Shown: positions 55,087 to 64,000 of the stretch, piece after piece
Layout: the number at the start of each line of letters is the position of its first letter
How positions within the stretch are numbered: the stretch's first letter is position 1
Source: Phaeosaccion multiseriatum
Taxonomy: Eukaryota > Protista > Ochrophyta, other classes
Assembly: GCA_965112735.1 (NCBI GenBank)
Contig: OZ218965.1
Location: 62,001 to 126,000, forward strand
Reading direction: 5' to 3'
DNA length: 64,000 nucleotides
The notes under the pieces: generated by a model
What the model saw: only the letters and a program-made list of their open reading frames with translations
Databases searched by the model: none
What the model was told of the DNA's origin: nothing
Program-made: the position numbers and the translations under genes

Positions 55087-56391
55087 TCACTCGGCCATCG
55101 ACTGAGCCAAGAGGGCCGTGAGGTGCTGGAAGGACGACAGCGCTTCCTCCTCGCCAAGCTCAGCCACACTCACGTACAGCTCGGAGCCGGAGGAGGAGGA
55201 GGAGGAGGAAGATGGTCCCTGCGGCGAAGACCTGAGCACGCTCTGCTGCAAGCGCTGGCCCCACTCGGTCTGCTCCTCCTCACTCTCCGCCACCAACACG
55301 AGCTCGGCGAGGGACGCATCTCTGAGCGGACAGGAGGGGTCCTGCTGCTCCTGCTCGCCCCGCGCGCGCAACACGTGCATAAGGGGTGGCGATGATGATG
55401 ATGATGGTGCTGGTGCCGAGGAGGAGGGCTGGCCCTGGCCCTGAGCCTGAGCTGGATGCTGATGATGCTGGCCTTGCTCTCCTCCCCTCCTGTCTGCGGG
55501 CACGAGGCGCAGCGCGTGTGGCTTGCCCTGGAAGCTTCCCCGCAGCACCACGAGCCCGGCAAGAGGCAGGAACAAGGTCATGCACAGGCACCCCCCGGGG
55601 CTACCACTGCCAGTACCTGGTGTCTGCCCCTGCCCCTGCCCTTGCCCTTGCCCTTGCCCCTGCCCCTGCCCATATGCCTGCCCCTGACCGAGGAGGACGT
55701 ACTCGTACAACACATGGCCGGCAAGAACGTACCAGAAGCGGCTCTTACGCACGCCGAAGCTTCCCTCCGTGAGCCTGCTCAGCCACCCCTGGCGAGCGAT
55801 GGCCGAGTCCTGGGGACGCACCAGGTAGCCGTGCGAGTAAGCCGGGCCGAGCACTTGCCGCATCAGCCGTAGCGCTCGAAGCTCGCTCATCATATCGGAG
55901 TCGCACACCGTGGGCGGCATGGCGGCCCCTTTGCTGCTGCGCGAGGTGGCCAAGTCCGCTCGGTCGCGTAGGAAGCGCACACCGCGTTGAGGATGGGAAG
56001 AGAGGCTCACACGGATGGCCATGCCGCCGCTGGACAGACTCATACCCAGCACACTCGACAGGGGGCAGTCGAAGAGCACCTGCGCCTTGCCGTGCACTGC
56101 CATCCCCGGGTAGAACTGTACACCTCCGAAGCGAGGCAGCTGCAGCTGGCGAGCCCGCTCCCTCGACAGGCCCCACAGCAGGTCCTCTTGCACGTACAGC
56201 AGCCGCTGAGTACTCAGCACCAGCCACCGGACCCGCGGCTTGCCCTTGCCCTTGCTCTTGCTCTTGCTCTTGCCCTTGACAAGGCTGGAGCTGGAGCTCG
56301 GCCCCGGGTCGCTCCCTCCTCCTCTTCCGTCGCTTGGCGTTGCCACCACCCCCGCCCCGCCTGTGGGAGGCCCCGAACGATACCCTCCCGA

Positions 56392-56436
<45 letters not shown>

Positions 56437-59400
56437 ACTACTGGGGCCACTGGGCGGCGGTGCCTGTGGTGCCTGTGGTGCCGGCCTGCATCTCAACGGT
56501 CGCACCTCGCCTTGGGTCTGGAGGCGGCGGAAGAACAGCACATGCTCTGCTTCCTGGGCCGCGGCAGGGGCAGCTGCGGCAGTTGATGATACAGCATCGT
56601 CGCCACCCCCTCCTCCTCCTGCTCCAGAGACCCCGCTATTACTGCTACCGCTGCTGCTGCTGCCACCCCCACCCCCACCACCGCTGCCCCATCCACTGCC
56701 ATCCTGCAGCACAGCGGCGAGTATCTGCTGCGCCACTGCTGCTGCCCAACTGTACCGCTCCAACGCCCCGTCCGCGCTCAGGGCCCTAGGCGGTCGGTGC
56801 CTGGCGCTCCTCGTGGCATCCTGCGCATATGCCTGCCCATACGCCTGTCCCTGCCCATCCGCTGCCATCCCCTGAGCCTGCCCCTCCAGCATGGAGTCTG
56901 CAGCGTCCATGTCGATGCCCTCGAAAGTGTTTCTGATGCCCTCGAAGGTGCGTGCCCCGAGGTCGAACACGCCCACTACGGGCTTCACCGCCACACCCAT
57001 CACGCCCCGGACCACACCCTGAGATTGATGATGGTGGAAGGGGAGGGGGAGGGGAGGGGATGGGATGGCAGTGGATGGGGAGAGGGAGGGGGGAGGGGCT
57101 CTGGCTGAGAAAGGACTGACAGGAGCATCACCAAGTGCCACGACCGACATCGACGCGCCCACCACGTCCACTGCCATCCCCTCGACCCCCCCATCCACTG
57201 CCATCCCCTCGCGCTTGCCACACCCACCCACCTTGCCGAATCCGAGCACTCCCTCCTTGTCAGCCCCCTTGACAGGCTCCATGACCACTCCTGTGATGCC
57301 GTCGAAGAGACCTTTACCAAACTCCATTGCCCCATAGGCCATGCTGTCTCCCATGCCCATGCCCTCCCCCCTCCCGTCCCCCCTGCCCACATGGCGCTGT
57401 CTCGCCCTCTCTCGGCGATAGTCGGAGTCGAGGGAGAGGTGTGTGAGGCCGTCCCCGAGGGAGGAGGTGACCTTGGTGATGGAGTTGAAGGTACCCGCCA
57501 TTGTGTTGGACACAAGGCTCTGCAGGGGGGGGGAGGGGAGGCAGGGGATGGGATGGCAGTGGATGGGATGGAGGAGAGAGATGGGATGGCAGTGGATGGG
57601 ATGGATGGCAGTGGATGGAATGGAGGAGAGAGATGGGATGGCAGTGGGTGGAATGGAGGAGAGAGATGGGATGACAGTGGATGGGACGGAGGAGAGAGAT
57701 GGGATGGCAGTGGATGGGATGGATGGCAGTGGATGGAATGGAGGAGAGAGATGGGATGGCAGTGGATGGGATGGAGGAGAGAGATGGGATGGCAGTGGAT
57801 GGGATAGATGTTATACATACGTCAATCAACTCTCGGACTGTGTACGACGGCCCTATGAGGCTAGGGAGGTGATGCGAAGAGAACAAAAACCACACACCCC
57901 TTTCATTCCCTACCCATATGCCTCCAAAGCTCTCACCTTGCCCCCCTTCTCTAGGCCGTAAAGGAAACCCTTTCCGTCGGGCTTGAGCCCCTCGAGCGGC
58001 TCGTAGAAGAAGTCCTTCACCCCTGTGGACAGGTTGTTCAGCAGCCCCACAGGGTCGCCCAGGAAGTCCAGGCTGCGGGGAGGGGCAGGGGGGAGGGGCA
58101 GGGGCGATGGTCAACGGGGGGGGTACAGGGTTACACAGGGGGGTACAGGTTAGGTTGTTTCGGCAAGAGAGGTGCAGAGAGGTGCAGAGATGAGCAGAGA
58201 TAAGCAGAGAGGTGCAGAGCAGAGAGGTGCAGAGATGAGTAGAGAGGTGCAGAGATGAGCAGGGACGGGCATATGGGCAGCGTGGGGGCAGAGCGAGGTG
58301 GGCAGGGCACATGAAAGCACGGGATACAAACGGGTCAGCCAATCGATCAGTGTACCTGGTGTCAGTCAGTCAGTCAGTCAGTCAGTCAGTCAGTCAGTCA
58401 GTCAGTCAATCAGTCAGGCAGTCAATCAGGCAGCAAAGGACGCCTTCGGCACTTAGAGAAGGATGGCAGCAAAAACTAACATACACACATACACACACGC
58501 ACGCACACGCACCTGCCCACGACGGCGCCGATCTGCTTGAGCAGCGTAAATCGGTAGTGCTTTAGGATGAGAGCGATGAAGGTCCTCCTCCCCCCGAAGG
58601 CGTTCTCGAGTTGCAGGGCATTGAGGCGCAGGCGGGCGCTGTCGAGCTGCGCAAGTAGTCCCATCAGAGTAGTGCTTTCAAGGTCATCATCCTCGTCGTC
58701 CTCGTCGTTATCACCCTCCTCGCCTGTGAGACAGACATGCACAGAGAGAGAGGCAGACAGGCAGATAGGCAGACAGACAAGGACACAGGAGGGAGGAGAC
58801 AGGGATGGAAGGAAGGAAGGAAGGGAGTGAGTGAGGAGAGAAGGAAGGAAGGAAGGAAGGAAGGAAGGAAGGAGGGAAGGAAAGAATAGAGGGAGGACAG
58901 AGTGAGTTAGTAAGAGACAGTGAGTAAGTGAGTGAGTGAGGGAGGGAAAGAGGAAGGGAGGGAGGGAGGAAGCAAGGAAGGGACGAAGGAGAGAGAGAGA
59001 GGGAGGGAGGGATCCACCCACTCACCCAGCTACCCACACACTAACACGTCCACCCACCCACGCGCGCACGCACCCACGTACGCACCCACCTGGAGAGGAT
59101 CGGTAAGATACACAGAGGTCCACAGGGTGCAGATGGAGCAGCGCGAAGTACACCTTCGCCTCCAAAGGCCTGCCAATCACATGCACCAGCGCGGAGTCCG
59201 TCAGCGCGCACGCGCCCCCACGCAGCGACAGCCACATATCGTCACCGGTCTTGCTCTGCGCTTGTCCTGCTGAGCCTGACACCAAGTCGCCTCCTGCTCC
59301 TCTGCCCATACGACTGCTGCTGCTGCTGCTGCCGCGTGTGCCTGTGCCTGCGAGTGGAGGTGTGAGGCCGGGCGGTAATGGGTGTCAGGTTAGGGGGGGG

Positions 59401-61207
59401 GGGGTGGCGAGAGAAATGAGCTTCAACGGACCTGTCATAGAGGGGAGGGATGACGTCGTAGGGGCCACAGAGATGAGGCAAAAGGAACAGCACCACAGAA
59501 CCAACAACGCACCGACATACACACACCCATATGCATCCACCCACGCACGCACCCACGCACCCGCACACACGCACCCACCTCGAGTTGTAACGCTCTCACC
59601 CTTCCCTGTTTCTGTAACGTCCATGTCGTGTGTATGCAAGTCTCTCTTGAGGTTCTTGAGCCTGAGCTTGTTCCTGCAGCGAAGAAGGCGCACACACAGC
59701 GCCGCCTCGAGCTTGACGTCCACGGGCCGCAGCCACAGAGTCGACACCTCATAGTACAGGACAGCCTCCTCAGCCTCCTCAGCCAAGCCTCCACGTCCTG
59801 ACACTCCGTCTGACTCCGGGCTGTTGCTGTTGTGTGGTGCAGCAGATGCTGATGGTGATACTGCTGATGGTGATGCGGCGGGCAGTAGGCTGAGGCTGGG
59901 GTGGTGGTGGTTCACACGCTTCTTGGCGTAGAAGTGAAAGGCTGGCGGGCGGTCGGCCGGCCGAGGCTCCAAGCCATCGAGCTGAATCAGCTGGGGGGGC
60001 TGGTCTCTGTCCGAGGAGGAGGGTCGGGGGACATCTCGGGCTCGTAGCAGGGCAGGGAGGGCCGCACGTTGCATCTGTAGACACAATAGGCGGGGGGGGG
60101 GGGATGGCAGTGGATGGCAGTGGATGGCAGTGGATGGCAGTGGGCGGGGAGGGTAGCGGATGGCAGCGGATGGCGGGGGATGGCGGGGCATGAGACGGGC
60201 GAAAAAGGGTTGAGAGGGAGCAGAAAGAACAAAGACTGCGTACGGCAAGAGAAGAGATGAAGTAGCGGTGCAAGCACACGTAGGAGCTTGTGTCGCATCC
60301 CTCTCCTCAGAGGAGCACCCATTCACCCACCCATTGCTACCCACTCCCTGTCATCCACTGCCATCCACTGCCATGCACTGCTGTCCACCCACCTGATTGT
60401 CAAGGTCGAGTTTGTCCAAGGTGATGGAGAATGTCCTGAGGTCCTCCGTGGTGGTCATGGCCACAGCGAGGCCCCCCAGGCTGGCGTACACCAGCTCCTC
60501 GGGTTGGTGATCCACCAGGCTCAGCCCCACGCTGTGCAGAGAGGCGCACAAAGTGGTGAGGGGGCGTGCAGCCTCTTCTGCGGAGGAGGAGGATGGCAGC
60601 AGAGGGGCAAACAGAGGGGGGATGGCAGCAGATGTTGGGAGATGTTGTCTAGCCTCTGATAAAAGGGACATGTGTGGGCTCTGATCAGCCGGGGGATGGC
60701 AGTGAAGGGGGAGACGAAGAGAAGAGCAAGCAGACAGAGGGAGAGAGAGAGAGAACAGGAGAGAAGGGGTGCGAGACAGCAAGACAGAGAGAGGGAGAGG
60801 GTGAAAGAGCACGGGAGAGATATCTCGTCCATCCACTGCCATCCCTCGGCCTCTCTGCCTGTGCGCCTCACCTTTACCCTTGCGCCTCTGGCCTGCAGCG
60901 GCCTCGTCGCCATCCGCTGCCATCCCCTCCTCGAGCAGCTCGAGCACCTTGGTGGGTCCGTCCGCTCTTACACGCACCTGAGTGAGCAGAACCGTCAGGC
61001 ATACGGGCATACGGGTTTCCGGACATATTGATGCACACACACACAGATACACATACACACACACATACACGCACACACATGCACACACACGAATACACGC
61101 AAAGAGAGACACAAAAACACATGCAGCAATGTTAAGCAGTGTCAAGCCAACGACCTCACACCCTCTCCCCGTGTTACTTTCACCAATTGGAGGCATACGA
61201 GGCACCG

Positions 61208-61284
<77 letters not shown>

Positions 61285-64000
61285 GCACATGCGTCTTGGC
61301 CGTGAGCCTCGACAGGGTCACCTGCTCCTCCGGGATGGCAGTAGATGGCTGCAGCAGCCCCTCGAAGAAGCCACTACTACTGCTACCGCTACCGCTACCA
61401 CTGCTTCCACTGCCGCTGCCACCGCTGCCGCTCCGGCTGCCCTGCTCTGCTGCTGCTGCGGAGGAGGAGGAGGAGGAGCCCTGCTGTCCCCCTAACTGGC
61501 CCTGCTCCTGCTCCTGCTTGCCTCGGAGCATGCGCTTGAAGGCGCTCTGTAGACAGGCCCTGTCCACCCCGTCTCTGAGCAGCCTTGCCCACTGCACCGC
61601 CTCCCCCACCTCCACCGCCCTGCCAACCCCGCCATCTGTGACTGTGGCCGCCGTCGGAGCGACGGATCGAAACTCGTACGACGTGTTGGAGGCGGTCTGT
61701 ACGAGAAAGTCAGCGAAGCCCCCCTGGGGATCGAGGTCGCGGTCGCGGTTCGGGGCACGCAGCGAGAAGAGCACTACTGCCCCGGGGGGAAGCTCCTCCT
61801 CTGCTGCCATCCGCCCCCCCCTGGGTGTGATCGAGCGGTTTGAAGTTGGGCTGGTGCCCTCGTGCTCCTCCTCGCCCACACTCTCCAACGAGCCTCGGCG
61901 GCGGTGCGCAGGCGACTTCAAGCCACTCACTGATGCTCCTTCTCCTGCTCCTCCTGTGGCACTACCGCTCGGCGGGGAGAACAAGGGGAAAGAGTCACCG
62001 CGGCTGGAACTTGAACTTGTCCCTTCCGCAACCCCCTCCCCTCCACTGAAGCGCACTCTCCCCGTACGGAGGGAGGGAGAGCCCTGCCCATCCACTGCCA
62101 TCCCCCGCCTCCCCCTTGGGGTATGTGACGGTGTCAGGACCGGCAGTGGAGAGAGCATACCGGCGTCGAGCAGCTGCTGCAGCAGGGCCTGTGTATGTGC
62201 GTGCGTGTGCGTGTTATCATGCGCGTGGTCCTCTCCTTGACAAATGCCCAACAGCGATCGCCGCCACTCCTCCCAAGACCGAATGCTGCTGCTGCCTCTG
62301 CCGCCTCCGGAATCTCCCCCCTGGGGCAGGCCCTCGGGCAGGCTGCCCCCCTGGGACTGGGGCAGGCATATGGGCAGGCTCTTGTAGAGCTGCACCGCCA
62401 GGGCACAGAGCTCAGTGCGATTGAGCGGCTCCGCCCCCGCCCCTCGCCCACTCCTGCTTCTTGTGCGCGTGTGCCTTCCTTTCCCGCCGCCGCCATCTGT
62501 GAATCGTCTGCCGCTGCCATCTGTGACTCTTCTGCCGCTGCCCGCATGTCTGCTACCCGTATGCCTGCCCGGAGGAGCGTCGTGCGACAGGGTGGGTGTC
62601 CTTGGAGCTTTCGGAGACTTGCCTCCCGCTCGAGCGGCACCAGCCGCATCAGTTGGTGATACAGCGGGAGCAGCAGCAGGAGGAGGAGCAGGAGCCGGGG
62701 GGGAGCTTGATCCGAACATGAGACTCATTGCTCCGTCCATAAAGCCCGACAAGCCGCCCCCTTCGCCTCCCTCGCCGTCCGCTGCCATCCCCCTCCCCTC
62801 GGTGGTGGTAGCCGGGGCTGCTGTCCTGGGATGGCGCTGCCAGACCTTCGCTCCATGAGGTGCACTCCTTATCAAGTGCTGCTTGGAGAGAGAGAGAGAG
62901 AGAGAGAGAGAGAACCCAATTGACACTCGTCACAAGAGCAGGAAAAGGGGCTGGCTGTCCAAAGGTCGTGGAGAAGAAGCAGAAGGGACACGCAGCAAAC
63001 AGAGATACAGACCGACGCACGCACCCACCACGCAGGCACGCACGCACCCTCCAATCCCTCCATCCACTGCCATCCCATACCCCATGGCACTCACCGGGAG
63101 CGGCTTGGTGTTGGGCCCCAAGTGGACAACGCCCCTGAGCTCGTGCTGCTTCTCGTCACTAAACAGGTACAGCGCATCCCCCTGCAGCACACAGTAGCGC
63201 CGCTTCCATCCACTGCCATCCCCCCCTCCCCACAGGGAAGTGGAGCTGCCCTTGGTGCCCCATCCCGCGCCCCCCGGGGGCCCTCTACTCTGCCACGGCC
63301 GCTGCAGCAGGAATCCCCTCTTGCTCGCCCCTGTGAGGTCAGGGAGGCGACGTGTCAGCTCCAAGCGGCGGTGGCGGGTGAGCACATCGAGGGGGTAATC
63401 CCGCCCCGTCCAGATGGCAGCAGATGCCTCCCCTCCCTGTTGGAAGTCCACCCTCACAGCCCTCGACGCCGCCACCGGCTCGTCCCACGTGTACGCCGCA
63501 GAGGCGTAGGGCTCCAGATGGTCCCAGACGGCTCCGTCTGAAGAGCCCGAGCCACCTGAGGATGAAGCTGATGCGCCACCCACCCCCACCCCAACCTGCC
63601 GGTAGCGGATCCGATGGCTGGTGAGGTTGTCCACTCGATAGGGCGGCCAGCGGGGAGAGGGGGCGCTCAGCACGACGGTTACACTGCCTCCTACCACCTC
63701 CACCTTGGCTGTGATGATCACCACCTCCGGGGAGGAGGGAGCCTCAGAGGAGGGGGATGGCAGTGGATGGTGTGCTGCCTTCTTGCGCCTGAGCTTCAGG
63801 GGCACCTCCCCGAGATTGTCGGGCTTGAAGGAGCCCGACCACTCCCATCCACTGCCATCCCTCTCCCCTCCATTGCCATCCCTCTCCCCTCCATTGCCAT
63901 CCTCTCCCACTGACGGAGGAGTCGAGCCTGCGAAGCGCACCTTCAGCAGCTTCTTACGATCTGGGGATGGCAGGGGTTGGCAGGGGATGGCAGTGGAGGG
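55087..64000 (-). CDS. VPS13: VPS13-family lipid transfer protein, C-terminal portion (gene begins beyond the right edge)
   Basis: VAB/SHR-BD motifs PPYRVDNLT..IRYRQ and YTWDEP. Then RADGPTKVL, VGLSLVD..PEELVY, LDNQM, LDFLGDPVGLLNNLSTGVKDFFYEP, GITGVVMEPVKGADKEGVLGFGKG and KPVVGVFD, followed by C-terminal PH-like domains. TGA at 55087. Confidence 0.93.

Overview
This is eukaryotic nuclear DNA: GC-rich, intron-dense (GT-AG) and saturated with microsatellites. Gene content points to a photosynthetic stramenopile (ochrophyte). This is inferred from a cycloartenol synthase, signal-peptide/'SQAF'-type N-termini and CxxxGC...CxxHG zinc-finger arrays. By hand-splicing I find about 12 genes: a GNAT + fascin-like + degenerate myo-inositol-oxygenase (MIOX) fusion, RPS6, a bacterial-type AhpD/CMD protein, a GPR107/108-type 7TM protein, an ABC1 kinase, a secreted repeat protein, an intronless ankyrin protein, a putative plastid membrane protein, a WRKY19-like zinc-finger protein, cycloartenol synthase, TMCO4/DUF726 and the 3' part of VPS13. 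There is also an acyl-CoA synthetase relic and several minisatellites. The most unusual signal is a dispersed 10-mer, GATGGCAGTG, with sister motifs GGCATATGGG and CAGTTGGTGATACAGC. It is polarised inside introns: sense copy just after 5' splice sites, reverse complement just before 3' splice sites. It also enters exons. Most ORFs in the supplied track are low-complexity artefacts. All coordinates and family calls were made by eye, with no database search.
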